From Vulcanisaeta sp. AZ3 (GTDB taxonomy: Archaea; Thermoproteota; Thermoprotei; Thermoproteales; Thermocladiaceae): a stretch of 64,000 bases of DNA. The stretch lies in NCBI GenBank assembly GCA_000960865.2, contig JZWU02000006.1, forward strand, positions 1 to 64,000, written 5' to 3'. Of this stretch, positions 38,936 to 50,053 are shown piece after piece (positions within the stretch are counted from its first letter, which is position 1; the number at the start of each line of letters is the position of its first letter). A program made the position numbers and the translations under genes. The notes under the pieces are model-generated. The model was given only the letters and a program-made list of their open reading frames with translations, ran no database searches and was not told the origin of the DNA.

Positions 38936-41861
38936 TCAATATCGTCTTTACCTCATAGGGTCTAAAGCAAATGCGCCCAAGATCAACCTTACCATACTCA
39001 CTAAGCTCCAGCAAATCCGTCTCAACACCCTCACCACTAATAAACTCACCCTTAATGCTAAGACATGTGTTTATACCGTAGGTCTCATAAAGCCTAAGGA
39101 CAATACCAGAATCCTCACCCCACTTCAACGCCTCAAGCATTACGGCCGGATTATCGAGCTCCATAAATGAAGCCTCACCACCACTCGTACCATAAACCAC
39201 AGTTAATGGTTGATTAAACTCATAGGCAACCCTAGGCACACGTGCCTCCCTCCAATCACCAACATGCGGATATATCGCATATTTGAAATTATTAATACCA
39301 TAATCAAGGAGTGGGTTAGGAAATATTGGGGACCTGAGCAATGTTATTGATATTGTATTCTCCTCCACAGAATAACCCTGCCTCCCATCATTAATTATAG
39401 CAACGCCATAATCAGGATCCCAAACATCAACCCAACGCAATGCAGGCACCTCAAACTTAGCCTCCTCCCAAGAATTACTAGGCCTAGTCGGCCTATCAAT
39501 AACTCCATACGGTATCTCAAAGGAGGCATTACGGCCAAATATACCCAACCTATACACGGCCTTTAATAACGTCAACCTCTCCCTCCAATCAACCTCATTC
39601 TCAACATCAACACGCCTACTGAAGGCATTAAGACATATCCTCTGTCTAATGCGTGATTTCCTAAAGATATACTCAACTTCAAGGCAACCTCTCAAGGGGC
39701 CTCTCTCAACAATCCTCACATTAACAGGCTCTAACTTCCAACAGACCCTCTTGTAATAAGCATCTATGTCCCAACCATCCCAACGACCCGGCATATCCTC
39801 ACAAGCCACTAAGTAACCATCCTCAACAGCCCACCTATTAGTCTGCTTATCAAAAACCCTAAGCGATCCCTCACTAAAGCGAACCTTAAGCATTGAATTC
39901 TCAACATATTCATCACCAACAGACACATCCCCCGAAGCAACACCCTCGCCCACCTCAAAAGACCTCCAACCCAAGGCCGGCACGTCAACAAGGACCAAGT
40001 AACCATCATTAACCCTCTGCGTAGGCAACCCACTAAGAGACTCCTTACTCACAATTAATTCTCTACGAGGCCACGGAAGCGAATTAACAATACTCACCCA
40101 ACGACCATCATCCAACAACCCCTTCAAAACATTATTCAACTCCTCCTCAACCTTCCTAAGACCACCCTCTAGACCCCTCACCATCTCCTCATACACAGCC
40201 TTAGTTGAGGTAGCCCCCATGGGATCATGATACTCAGCCTCAAGCAATGGATACCAAAGCTCCTCATAACTCTTACGAACCCTCGCAATTACACTCCAAG
40301 TCTCCAACTCCCTAAGCCTCGTCTCAAACCTCCTAACTAACTGCTTAAGTTTAATACCATTCGTATAAACACCCCTATGTATCTCCAAGTAAAGCTCACC
40401 CCTCCACTTAGGTAGCGATGCATCATCATTCACAGCACTCACGAAATCCCTCAAATCACTCATTACAAGTCTAGGTAAGCCAGGCAAATCCTTATACAAC
40501 CTATACCTCTCCAGCATTAACCACGTAGGCCCTCCGCCCCCATCACCCTTACCAAAAGGTAAGAAGGCAGGTAGTTCGGGACTTGTGTGGTCTAACCAAG
40601 CCTTCTCTATCTGCCTAGGTGTTAGATCTGCGCCATAGGTTGCATAGTTTATTACCGGTATTACTGAACCATCAATACCCTCCCACAGAAATACAGAGTA
40701 TGGGAATTTATTAATGGTATTCCAATACATCTTATGCTCAAAGAACACCTTAATACCCGCCTTCCTAAGCAACTGCGGTAGCGATGCTGGAAAGCCAAAG
40801 GTATCTGGTAACCAACCCACCTCAGTCGTGAAACCAAACTCCTTAAGCAAGAACCTCTGACCATAGAGAAACTGTCTAACCAAGGATTCGCCGCCAGGCA
40901 AGTTTGTATCACTCTCAACCCACATACCACCAACAGGTATTATTTTACCAGCCTTAACAGCATCCTTAACCCTCCGCCACAGCCCTGAATCGCCCTCCCT
41001 CAACCAACTGAGGTACGCCATATTAGATACTAAAAAGGTCAGCTCCGGGTATGACTGTAGTAATGATAATACATTAATCACAGTCCTCCTAACCTTCTCC
41101 CTAGTCACATCAACATCCCACAACCAACCGAGGTCTATATGAGCATGACCAGCCACATAAACAATCCCCCTACGTCCCCTCCTACCCCTCAACTCCTCAA
41201 TACCATCCTTAAGAACCTTAAGAGCATCCCTAGCCGCCCTACCTAAATCATCAAAATTCGGAGGCCCCATATGCACTAATTCCCTAGCATCATAATAATC
41301 AAAGATAGACCTAACAAAACTAGGCGGCTCAACTACATGAGCCCTAACCGCAAACTCCAACTGCCAACTAGCCACTGAATCTAAAGAAATAACATCCAAA
41401 GCCCTATTAAGAACCTCCAAGTAATCAAGCCTAAGCTCATTAAAGGCCTCCGCAACGTCAAGAAGTAACTTAGCCCTTAAAATAAATTCAAATAAATTAG
41501 GCTCCCTATAAACAACATAAGCGCCATTAAAACTAACCCTACGTTCACCAAACATCCTAACCGGCGATAGAGATAAGGAGATGGAATACTTACCAGGCCT
41601 AACCCTAACCCAACGACTCTCACCCTCACCACCATAATTAAACACAGCATAAGTCAAATCCCCAATCCTAAGAGTACCCTCACCAATAATGTCTAGGAAA
41701 AACCAAGGATCACCAAAATCCCTAACATCAACACTACCACACAAAGAACCACCACAAGCCTCAAGATTAACACCTTCAAAACCCATTATAGAAGCAGCCT
41801 CCAAATAAAACAACTTAACCCTAACAGCATTCACATCCCTTATAGTAATATCCACGGGCAT
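38928..41861 (-). CDS. Alpha-mannosidase, glycoside hydrolase family 38
   Basis: HAHIDLGWLW, GGMWVESD, WLPDTFG, GDGGGGP, GELYLEIHRG and YHD. Confidence 0.95.
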   Translation of the reverse strand: MPVDITIRDVNAVRVKLFYLEAASIMGFEGVNLEACGGSLCGSVDVRDFGDPWFFLDIIGEGTLRIGDLTYAVFNYGGEGESRWVRVRPGKYSISLSLSPVRMFGERRVSFNGAYVVYREPNLFEFILRAKLLLDVAEAFNELRLDYLEVLNRALDVISLDSVASWQLEFAVRAHVVEPPSFVRSIFDYYDARELVHMGPPNFDDLGRAARDALKVLKDGIEELRGRRGRRGIVYVAGHAHIDLGWLWDVDVTREKVRRTVINVLSLLQSYPELTFLVSNMAYLSWLREGDSGLWRRVKDAVKAGKIIPVGGMWVESDTNLPGGESLVRQFLYGQRFLLKEFGFTTEVGWLPDTFGFPASLPQLLRKAGIKVFFEHKMYWNTINKFPYSVFLWEGIDGSVIPVINYATYGADLTPRQIEKAWLDHTSPELPAFLPFGKGDGGGGPTWLMLERYRLYKDLPGLPRLVMSDLRDFVSAVNDDASLPKWRGELYLEIHRGVYTNGIKLKQLVRRFETRLRELETWSVIARVRKSYEELWYPLLEAEYHDPMGATSTKAVYEEMVRGLEGGLRKVEEELNNVLKGLLDDGRWVSIVNSLPWPRRELIVSKESLSGLPTQRVNDGYLVLVDVPALGWRSFEVGEGVASGDVSVGDEYVENSMLKVRFSEGSLRVFDKQTNRWAVEDGYLVACEDMPGRWDGWDIDAYYKRVCWKLEPVNVRIVERGPLRGCLEVEYIFRKSRIRQRICLNAFSRRVDVENEVDWRERLTLLKAVYRLGIFGRNASFEIPYGVIDRPTRPSNSWEEAKFEVPALRWVDVWDPDYGVAIINDGRQGYSVEENTISITLLRSPIFPNPLLDYGINNFKYAIYPHVGDWREARVPRVAYEFNQPLTVVYGTSGGEASFMELDNPAVMLEALKWGEDSGIVLRLYETYGINTCLSIKGEFISGEGVETDLLELSEYGKVDLGRICFRPYEVKTILIR

Positions 41862-42166
41862 CGCTATACCAGGAATACGCCAAATTTTAAAACCTTCGTA
41901 CTATAAATTATCAACTATATAATCATAAATTAACAACCCTTCCTTACAATTTAATAATTTAAGCATTAATAATAGTGAACAAAAATCGGATAACGCTGGC
42001 CGATAAATAATTAAGTCCTTAAGCTATTAAAGCTGCATTACTCATACTATTAATGAATACATGATTAGGTCCTAAAAACCTGAGGCTTAATAATAATAAT
42101 AAAGTATCGTAAAAGTGATTGCACTTAAGGCAAGACATCTTAATAATGATCCTTAATGAATATGCC

Positions 42167-42649
42167 TTATCTCTTGTCATTTAGGCATGTTCTGTCGATT
42201 GTTATTTTTCTCACGATCCATGCCCTCTCGCTTGTTTTTATTGGTTGTAGCATTTCATTGATTATTGTTAGTGGATCGTAGTCTCTACTGAGTACTATGC
42301 ACTTTCCTTTCTCGAGGCATAGTTTAGCTGCTTTTATTTCTGCTGGTTCGTCTTCGGCTAGTTCGTAATTTAGGCTTAGGTCTGTGAGCCACTTGATTCT
42401 GGTTTTGGTAATTCTCTTGTGTTGTGGTTTTGAGTTATCGAGTATGAATACTATAATTGGTTTTAGGTAGTTGTAGTCGATTGCTAATCTGATGTTGTAT
42501 AGAAATTCTCTTGGGTTTTTAATGCCGTAGGTGATGCTTGCTAGGTCGATCATTAAGTAATCGTACTGATCATTAACTAGGTCGGCTAGTAATCCTCTGG
42601 AGATTTCTCTGATGCATTTTGTGTAGGTTTTTCTGAGTTTGGGGTCCAT
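42167..42649 (-). CDS. Hypothetical protein, PIN/FEN1-like nuclease fold
   Basis: LMID, VFILD, EPAE..AA.L and LSRDYDPL follow the order of FEN1/XPG acidic motifs. Confidence 0.6.
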   Translation of the reverse strand: MDPKLRKTYTKCIREISRGLLADLVNDQYDYLMIDLASITYGIKNPREFLYNIRLAIDYNYLKPIIVFILDNSKPQHKRITKTRIKWLTDLSLNYELAEDEPAEIKAAKLCLEKGKCIVLSRDYDPLTIINEMLQPIKTSERAWIVRKITIDRTCLNDKR

Positions 42650-42691
42650 TTTAATAGTTGTTTTATGAATGGTAATTAAGGTTTGGTTGTT

Positions 42692-44695
42692 TTATTCTTT
42701 CATTAATTCTTCCATGTATGGTTTAAGTGCTTCGAGGGCTGCGTAGAGGGCCTCTGGATTTAGTATTGCGTTTATGTTGACTGCTTTTTCTATGGGCCAA
42801 CCCATTAGTATTTTTCTAATTGGGACTTCGAGTTTCTTATAATTTCTTGTCATTGGTATGTCAGGTATTTGTATTATGTAGTCGACAATGAAGTAGGGAC
42901 CTAATTGTGTTCTTAATGCATCATTTATTTTTCTCCTTAGGTCATCGGTCAATTGAAGGCTTGGTTTGAGGGATACTAGTAGGACTAGTTTTCCCTTAAC
43001 CTCTATGGCTAGGCTTCCTTGAATCTCGGGTAGTGATTCTACGACTTTGTATATGTCTAGGGTTCCGATTCTAATGCCTTTACGTTTAATTGTTGAGTCA
43101 GAGCGTCCTGTTATGATCACTGTCCCTCTGTCGGTGATCATGGCCCAATCTCCATGTCTCCATACGTTTGGGAATTCGTTGAAGTAGCTTTCTAGGTACC
43201 ACTTGTAGTTTTGATCGTTCCAAAAGTATATTGGCATTGATGGTATGGGTTTTTCAATTACTAATTCTCCGACTTCGTTAATCACGGGTTTTCCTTCCTC
43301 GTTATAGACATTGACGGCTGTACCTAACCACCTGCATTGCATTTCTCCCTCCCAGACGGGTAGTATTGGGCAGCCGCCGACAAATGCTGAGACTACGTCA
43401 GTGCCTCCGCTTATTGGCGCTAACCAAACATCCTCCTTAACCTTCTCGTAAACCCATTCAAAACCTTGCGGTGATAGTGGGGCTGCTGTGGACCCAATTT
43501 CTCTAAGTGTTTTTAGGTTGAATTGCTTTCCTGGCTCTATGTCTGTTTTCATGGCCGCGTGAATATATGGAGCGCTGAGGCCGAGTATTGTAAGTCCCTC
43601 TTTCTCTGTGATTTCCCAGTATGGTTCGAAATTCCTGTAGGTTGGGTCTCCGTCGTAGAATAGGATTGCAGTTCCGAAGAGTAGGGCGTTGACTGTGAAG
43701 TTCCACATCATCCAGGAGGGGGTTGTGTACCATGTGAATTTATCATTGGGTTTATAGTCCATGTGAAGACCAACCTTATAGGCTTCTAGTAATACGCCGC
43801 CGTGGCTGTGTACCACGGGTTTTGGAATGCCTGTGGTGCCGCTGGTGAATAGGACCCATAGTGGTTCGTTGAATTCCATTGGTTCGAAGTAGAGGCCTAG
43901 GCCCTTGGTACTTGTTACTTCTCTCCAATCATATATGGGTTTATTGAGATTTAACTCCACTGAGTCTTTCATGTTGGGTACAATAATTATTCTCTCGATA
44001 CTCTGCATGGAATTCACTATCTGTTTAATATCGCTGTACTTATCAAAGACTTTGCCCCTGTATGGATAGCCGTCAACTGCCACAAGGACTTTGGGCTGTA
44101 GGGCGTTGAACCTATCTATGGCAGCCCTTGGGGCGAGCTCTGCACCAACACCAACCCATATGGCGCCTATGCTTGCTGTGGCTAGGAGGGTAACCACAGC
44201 CTCTGGGGTTTGACTAATGTATGCAGCGACTCTATCGCCTTTACTCACGCCAGCATTCTTTAGCCAGTTGGCTAGGGATGAAACCTCCCTGGCTAGTTGG
44301 TCCCAGGTTAAGTTTCTCCTAAGTCCATCCTCTCTAGTGTAAACCACGGCTTCCTCACCCCAACGGGCTGCCTTGAAGATATGCTCGGCGTAGTTCAGTC
44401 TTGATCCTATGAACCAGCGGGCGCCGGGCATTTTCCTTGGCTCTAAAACCTTCGTGTATGGCGTATGAGATATAACGCCGAAGTATCGCCAAATCCCCTC
44501 CCAGAATGTTTCGAGACTATCTACGGACCACCTCCACAATACATCATAATTCTTCACATTTTCTAGCGGCTTATCAATAGAGATCTCGAAGTTAAGTCCG
44601 TAGATCTCTCGTAACCAATTAATGAATCTCAAGATGCTAGAGCCCTTAATTGTGTTCTGGTTTGGGTTCCATAGTATCCTGGGTTCTTTATCCAT
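42692..44695 (-). CDS. Acetoacetate--CoA ligase (acyl-CoA synthetase)
   Basis: WF.GSRLNYAE, TSGTTGIPK, WMMWN, SGGTD, WRHGD and GRSD. Confidence 0.9.
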   Translation of the reverse strand: MDKEPRILWNPNQNTIKGSSILRFINWLREIYGLNFEISIDKPLENVKNYDVLWRWSVDSLETFWEGIWRYFGVISHTPYTKVLEPRKMPGARWFIGSRLNYAEHIFKAARWGEEAVVYTREDGLRRNLTWDQLAREVSSLANWLKNAGVSKGDRVAAYISQTPEAVVTLLATASIGAIWVGVGAELAPRAAIDRFNALQPKVLVAVDGYPYRGKVFDKYSDIKQIVNSMQSIERIIIVPNMKDSVELNLNKPIYDWREVTSTKGLGLYFEPMEFNEPLWVLFTSGTTGIPKPVVHSHGGVLLEAYKVGLHMDYKPNDKFTWYTTPSWMMWNFTVNALLFGTAILFYDGDPTYRNFEPYWEITEKEGLTILGLSAPYIHAAMKTDIEPGKQFNLKTLREIGSTAAPLSPQGFEWVYEKVKEDVWLAPISGGTDVVSAFVGGCPILPVWEGEMQCRWLGTAVNVYNEEGKPVINEVGELVIEKPIPSMPIYFWNDQNYKWYLESYFNEFPNVWRHGDWAMITDRGTVIITGRSDSTIKRKGIRIGTLDIYKVVESLPEIQGSLAIEVKGKLVLLVSLKPSLQLTDDLRRKINDALRTQLGPYFIVDYIIQIPDIPMTRNYKKLEVPIRKILMGWPIEKAVNINAILNPEALYAALEALKPYMEELMKE

Positions 44696-44837
44696 ATGCT
44701 AACTAGCATAACTAACTCCTTTAAATGCTTAATTGTTTATTCAATACTTTACCTTTGCAAACCATGAATTATGAAGAGAGCGCTTATGTATGTATTGAGT
44801 AAAGGTTATAAAATGGCTCGCCTAGGGCTTTAATCGG

Positions 44838-45425
44838 ATGTCGAAGAAGCCCGAGACAAAGGCTGAGGAGAAGGCTGGAGCTAAGGCTGCGGCAAAAGCT
44901 ACGGCCAAGGCTGCCGAAAAGCCTGAGGCCGCAGCGGCCGCACCTGCTGCAGTTAAAGAGGAGGAGGGTGCTGAGGCTGGTAGGAAGGGTTGGTTAACAG
45001 CGGCTGTGATACCGCAGGAGGAGTGGAAGAACTTTAGGTATAGGGGTTATACATTTGAGGAGATTTCCAAGATGTCTATGGAGGAATTCATTAAGTTATT
45101 GCCTGCAAGGCAGAGAAGAAGTTTAATGAGGGGGTTAAAGCCTGAGCATAGGAAGCTGCTTGAGAGGGTGAGAAGGGCTAGGAAGCTTATGGCTGAGAGT
45201 AAGAATGTGGTTATTAAGACACATGCTAGGGACATGATAATCTTACCGGAGATGGTGGGCTTAACGATATCTGTCTATAACGGTATAACGTACCTACCAA
45301 TAACCATTAGCCCGTGGCATGTAGGTCATTATTTAGGTGAATTCGTGATTACGAATAAGATAGTGCAGCATGGAGAACCGGGTCTTAAGGCAACGAGAAG
45401 TACATTACATATTGCCTCAAAGTAA
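44838..45425 (+). CDS. rps19p: 30S ribosomal protein S19 (uS19) with Ala/Lys-rich N-terminal extension
   Basis: [29 protein letters not shown] and GHYLGEF. Confidence 0.96.
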   Translation: MSKKPETKAEEKAGAKAAAKATAKAAEKPEAAAAAPAAVKEEEGAEAGRKGWLTAAVIPQEEWKNFRYRGYTFEEISKMSMEEFIKLLPARQRRSLMRGLKPEHRKLLERVRRARKLMAESKNVVIKTHARDMIILPEMVGLTISVYNGITYLPITISPWHVGHYLGEFVITNKIVQHGEPGLKATRSTLHIASK

Positions 45426-45486
45426 TCCTTAACCTAATCTTTACTTGAAAAATGCTTATAAATACTGAATTCATGGTAGTACGGAT

Positions 45487-46008
45487 ATGGCAGTAGCGAG
45501 TATAGATCCAAAGACGTTCTATGCCAATCCACCGCAGGGAAAGCCATTCTACGTGAGATTCGCGGTACCACAGGATCTCGCTGAGAAGGCCTACGAGGTG
45601 CTATCTGCGGCTAGAGAGACAGGTAAAATAAGGAGGGGTACCAACGAAGTTACAAAGGCCATTGAGAGGGGATTAGCTAAGCTTGTGCTTATTGCTGAGG
45701 ATGTTGATCCTCCTGAAATAGTAGCCCACTTACCAATACTCTGTGAGGAGAAGGGTGTTCCATACATATATGTTCCAAGTAAGGAGAGACTTGGTAAGTC
45801 AGCTGGTCTTCAAAACACGGCAGCCGCCTCGGTAGTGATTATTGACGCTGGGCAGACAGTATCTGAGTTAGAGAACCTCGTTAAGCAATTAAATGATGTG
45901 AGGGTTAAGGCAGGATTAAACCCAATACAAGTGCAGCAACCACAGGCTGCACCACCTGCAGAGAGAGCACATGCTAAGAGAGCGGCTAGGAAGGGTGAGT
46001 CTAAGTGA
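45487..46008 (+). CDS. rpl7ae: 50S ribosomal protein L7Ae
   Basis: [17 protein letters not shown] and [19 protein letters not shown]. Confidence 0.97.
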   Translation: MAVASIDPKTFYANPPQGKPFYVRFAVPQDLAEKAYEVLSAARETGKIRRGTNEVTKAIERGLAKLVLIAEDVDPPEIVAHLPILCEEKGVPYIYVPSKERLGKSAGLQNTAAASVVIIDAGQTVSELENLVKQLNDVRVKAGLNPIQVQQPQAAPPAERAHAKRAARKGESK

Positions 46009-46250
46009 GTGATGCAGAGTCTAAGGTGGAGAAATTTAGTCCTTATGAAGATGCTGTAGCGGCATTAATTGTTCAAATACTTGGTAGGACGGGTGTTGCT
46101 GGTGAGGTTAATATTGTGAGAACTAGGATACTAGAGGGTAGGGATAAAGGTAGGGTAATAACGAGGAATGTGAGAGGACCTGTGAGAGTTGGCGATATTG
46201 TAATGCTAAGGGAGACTGAACGTGAGGCTAGGAAGTTAACAGTCAAGTAA
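46005..46250 (+). CDS. rps28e: 30S ribosomal protein S28e
   Basis: GRTGVAGEV and [20 protein letters not shown]. Confidence 0.97.
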   Translation: MSDAESKVEKFSPYEDAVAALIVQILGRTGVAGEVNIVRTRILEGRDKGRVITRNVRGPVRVGDIVMLRETEREARKLTVK

Positions 46251-46366
46251 GGTCAAATCATGTAATTTCAATCCTTAAAAGGATACTTATTGATACATTA
46301 ACAAGTTATTTTGTGGTCATAGTCACGGAGGTAATGTACAATAAGGTGCTTCCTAATTGATATTGT

Positions 46367-46729
46367 GTGAACATAATTGGGATTTTATTCACGTTAACGG
46401 TATCAATGATTGTGATACATGTTGCAATCTCGTTCATGAGCTTTAGGTACTTAACTATACCCAGGAGTGTGGGGATTGTGATTGCGCCATACGAGAGTGC
46501 ATATTATATGTTGTTGTTTTTAGAGACTCTTGTTAATAATTATGCCTTGCTGTTATTAATCATAATATTCGTCTTTTTAGTAATACATGTTGGAGGTACT
46601 TACCTATACTTAGAGAGACGCCTTAGTAATTTATCGATTAATCATGATTACCTTAGGTACTATGGTTATTACGAACTGGTTGAGGTGCTCTTTCTGATAT
46701 TCATTGCCGTCTTCCTAAGTAATTCTTAA
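46367..46729 (+). CDS. Small hypothetical membrane protein
   Basis: About four hydrophobic helices with conserved-looking H/E residues. Confidence 0.7.
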   Translation: MNIIGILFTLTVSMIVIHVAISFMSFRYLTIPRSVGIVIAPYESAYYMLLFLETLVNNYALLLLIIIFVFLVIHVGGTYLYLERRLSNLSINHDYLRYYGYYELVEVLFLIFIAVFLSNS

Positions 46730-46755
46730 TATTACCTTACTGCATAATAGCATTA

Positions 46756-48672
46756 ATGGTTAAGGGATTATCGATCGAAGATATAAAGTTAATTAGAATG
46801 GTTCACGACTTAGATGCCTACGTTAAAGGCGGTCTTTTGGCCTTCACGGTTTCGAAGGTTGCGGATTCCCTAGATGATTATGAGAGGAATATTTGGGTTT
46901 TTGATGGTGACAGACTTAAGCAAGTGACGAGAGGTAATAGTGATTTTTCACCTAGGTTTCTTAGTGATGGTAAGGGTATTGTGTTTCTCTCGAGGAGGGG
47001 TCTTGGTAAGGATGAACCTGGTGTTGGTGTTTGGTTATTACCGTTTGATGGCAGTGAAGTCTTTAGGCTTGCCTATGTCAGGGGTGGTGTTAGTAATATG
47101 CGTGTTGTTGGTAATTCTATATTTTTCCTAAGTAATGTAGGTCCTGTTCATAATGATGCGAAGTTCGTAAATACATGGCCTCTCTGGTTTAATGGTAAAG
47201 GTTTCGTACATACATTTAGGACACACCTATTTCGCCTGGATTTGGATGGTAGTATTAGGCAGATTACGAGTGGTGATTTTGATGTAGTGGCGTATGATGC
47301 TGATAGTGGTTGTAGGAGGGTTGCGGTTGCTGTAAGTTTTGATAGTCTTAGGCCTTATAGGAACGAAATTTGGATTGTGGATTTAAGAAGTGGTGAACGG
47401 TATACGGTACTTAGTAATTATAGTGTTTCGGCTATTAAGTGGTCGCCAGATGGTAAGTATTTGGCTATTGTTGGTAATGATTTGCATAGGGGTTTGGTTA
47501 CTCATGATCATGTTTTGCTCATTAGGGATAATGAGATCGTCGACCTAATGAGGGGCATTAATCGTAATGTCGGTAATAACTTAAATAGTGATGTTAGAGG
47601 TTCGCCACCTCCAGTTAGGCTAGAGTGGTTTGGTGATTATGTATATTTCGTAATGATGGATGGAGGGTCAGCTGTGCTTAGTAGAGCTGGCGTTAATGGA
47701 GGGGTTGAGGCGGTAATTGGTGGAAAGAGGAGTATTGAGGACTTTGTAGTCATAAATCAAGATCTTATTTACTTCATAGCTATGGATCCAACAAAACCAA
47801 CTGAGGTCTATAGGTGGGTTAACGGTAATGAGGAAAGACTAACTAACTTTAATGATTGGATTAGTGCAGTGAGACTCTCGGAAGTTGAACCCTTTAGGTT
47901 TAGAGCTAGTGATGGGGTTGAGATTGAGGGGTGGGTAATGAGACCCGCGGTTTTTAAGCCAGGTAATAGATATCCGATGGTGCTTGAGGTTCATGGAGGG
48001 CCGAAGACTGCCTATGGTTATTCGTTTATGCATGAATTCCAGGTATTGGCGAATGAGGGATTTGTGGTTGTGTTTATGAATCCGAGAGGTAGTGATGGTT
48101 ATGCTGAGGAGTTTGCTGATATACGTGGGCATTATGGTGAGAGGGATTATGGGGACTTGATGGAGGGTGTTGATTATGTGATTAGGAATTACGACTTCAT
48201 AGATCCAAATAGGTTGGGTATTATTGGTGGTTCTTATGGGGGTTTCATGGTTAATTGGGTGATTACTCACACTAATAGATTTAGGGCTGCAGTCACGGAT
48301 CGATCAATCTCCAATTGGGTGAGCTTCTTTGGCGCTAGTGATATAGGGCCTTATTTCGCGAATGACCAGATAGGCGGTGGAGAGGATAGGGACTTCTGGA
48401 ATTCATTTGAGGTTTATATTGCTAAATCGCCAATTATGTATGTTAGGGACGTGAAGACTCCATTGCTAATAATTCATTCGCTGGAGGATTATAGGTGTTG
48501 GTTTGAGCAGGCAATTCAATTTTACACAGCATTAAAGTATTTAGGCAAGGAGGTTAAGATGGTGGTGTTTCCTGGGGAAAATCATGATTTATCTAGATTC
48601 GGAAAGCCTAATCACAGAATTATTAGGCTGAGAGGTATTGTAGACTGGTTCAACGAGAAGCTGAAGTCATGA
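46756..48672 (+). CDS. S9 family peptidase (acylaminoacyl/dipeptidyl peptidase)
   Basis: Beta-propeller region, HGGP, GGSYGG nucleophile, D (EDYRC) and H (ENH). Confidence 0.95.
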   Translation: MVKGLSIEDIKLIRMVHDLDAYVKGGLLAFTVSKVADSLDDYERNIWVFDGDRLKQVTRGNSDFSPRFLSDGKGIVFLSRRGLGKDEPGVGVWLLPFDGSEVFRLAYVRGGVSNMRVVGNSIFFLSNVGPVHNDAKFVNTWPLWFNGKGFVHTFRTHLFRLDLDGSIRQITSGDFDVVAYDADSGCRRVAVAVSFDSLRPYRNEIWIVDLRSGERYTVLSNYSVSAIKWSPDGKYLAIVGNDLHRGLVTHDHVLLIRDNEIVDLMRGINRNVGNNLNSDVRGSPPPVRLEWFGDYVYFVMMDGGSAVLSRAGVNGGVEAVIGGKRSIEDFVVINQDLIYFIAMDPTKPTEVYRWVNGNEERLTNFNDWISAVRLSEVEPFRFRASDGVEIEGWVMRPAVFKPGNRYPMVLEVHGGPKTAYGYSFMHEFQVLANEGFVVVFMNPRGSDGYAEEFADIRGHYGERDYGDLMEGVDYVIRNYDFIDPNRLGIIGGSYGGFMVNWVITHTNRFRAAVTDRSISNWVSFFGASDIGPYFANDQIGGGEDRDFWNSFEVYIAKSPIMYVRDVKTPLLIIHSLEDYRCWFEQAIQFYTALKYLGKEVKMVVFPGENHDLSRFGKPNHRIIRLRGIVDWFNEKLKS

Positions 48673-49293
48673 TTACTGTGCTTGTACTCTCCTTAGCTCC
48701 TCAACCACATCCTTAGTCGCATTAATCACTCTAACCCCTCTCTCAATAGCTTTCTTAACAATCTCAACTCTTTTTCTAAGACCCACCGTTCTGCCTATTA
48801 CCACAGCTTCTTTAGTTGGATCAACCTTATCAACCTCTTCAGGCCTATGAACTATAATGAGCTTAAAGCCGCTTGGATGTAGGTTTCTGACTTGTCTTGG
48901 CTTCCCATAACCAACCTTAACTTTCTTTGGGTAACCTTTAATCTCAAGTCTAATCTTATTGTCATCACCTTTAGGTCTACGCCAGCTTTCTCTATGGGCA
49001 ATTCTAAGGAACTTCCACTCATCCATCCTCATCCAACGCGGCTCTCTTCCTTCCATCAAAGTCCTAACCCTTAATAAATGCCTTAGCTTACTGCTGAGCG
49101 CTGCTTTGGGTTTTGGTAGCCTAACTTCTATGGGTTTGGCCTCAACAGGCTTTACCGTGACTCCTTGAACCTGAGTTTCACCTTGTTGCTGAGGCGTGGC
49201 TTGTTGTTCCTGCTGACCTACGGCTTGTGTTGTTTGTGTTGATTGTTCGCTTTGTCCAGCCTGTTGACCTTGCTCACTCTCACCCGTGGACAT
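48673..49293 (-). CDS. rpl32e: 50S ribosomal protein L32e with Gln-rich N-terminal extension
   Basis: WRRPKG.DNKIR, GYG, HPSGF and VGLRKR. Confidence 0.96.
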   Translation of the reverse strand: MSTGESEQGQQAGQSEQSTQTTQAVGQQEQQATPQQQGETQVQGVTVKPVEAKPIEVRLPKPKAALSSKLRHLLRVRTLMEGREPRWMRMDEWKFLRIAHRESWRRPKGDDNKIRLEIKGYPKKVKVGYGKPRQVRNLHPSGFKLIIVHRPEEVDKVDPTKEAVVIGRTVGLRKRVEIVKKAIERGVRVINATKDVVEELRRVQAQ

Positions 49294-49334
49294 TGCAGAA
49301 CACCCTTAGGTTTGGGCTTTTTAAATTTACCACA

Positions 49335-49727
49335 TTAATAGACATATGCGAGTAGTACGCCTCCAACATTCATTTGCCTGGCTTCGAGGTGAGATAGTAC
49401 GCCTCTAGATGTGCTTAGTATTAATATACCTATATTCCTAGCCGGTAGGTATTTCTCTTCCCATTTCATTAATTCTGAAACCTTAACACTATATCTAGGT
49501 TTAATTGCACTGATATTATTTATCTTACCAAGCAATTGAACCTTAAACTTACCACCTCTACCATCCTCAATAAACTCAACCTCACCTACATAACCATACC
49601 TCTGCATAACCCTAAGCACATTACCCACAAGCTTAGAAGACGGCCAAATAATTACCTCCCTATGTCCTCTGGCCTCCGCATTCCTAAGTACTATTAGTGC
49701 ATTTGAAAGCACATCAAGCATTACCAT
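49335..49727 (-). CDS. rps8: 30S ribosomal protein S8 (uS8)
   Basis: DVLSNAL..NAE, DGRGG, IKPR, STSRG and GGVLLAYVY. Confidence 0.97.
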   Translation of the reverse strand: MVMLDVLSNALIVLRNAEARGHREVIIWPSSKLVGNVLRVMQRYGYVGEVEFIEDGRGGKFKVQLLGKINNISAIKPRYSVKVSELMKWEEKYLPARNIGILILSTSRGVLSHLEARQMNVGGVLLAYVY

Positions 49728-50053
49728 ACAAGTAACGAGAAGAAATAAAGAAATAAAAACTTTACTAGGGACTAGGTTAAGCCGTGGAATCTACCTTATA
49801 AACTATAATTAATGACTAACTTATATTTACATAATCTTCTCATACTTAAGCATATGCTAGCTATGCCTTATTTGTAGTATTATGATGCCGTAATTTTCAA
49901 TACGTAATGACCTGAATCTTAGCTATGAGCAGCCAAAATATCCTCGGTTGGCTTAGGTCTTTGAGAGATTACTTGCATACCATACTCCTAACCGAGGTTG
50001 GGATTAGGATATCTAAGAAAACGCATAAAAAGGTAAGATGGCAATACAAGTAT

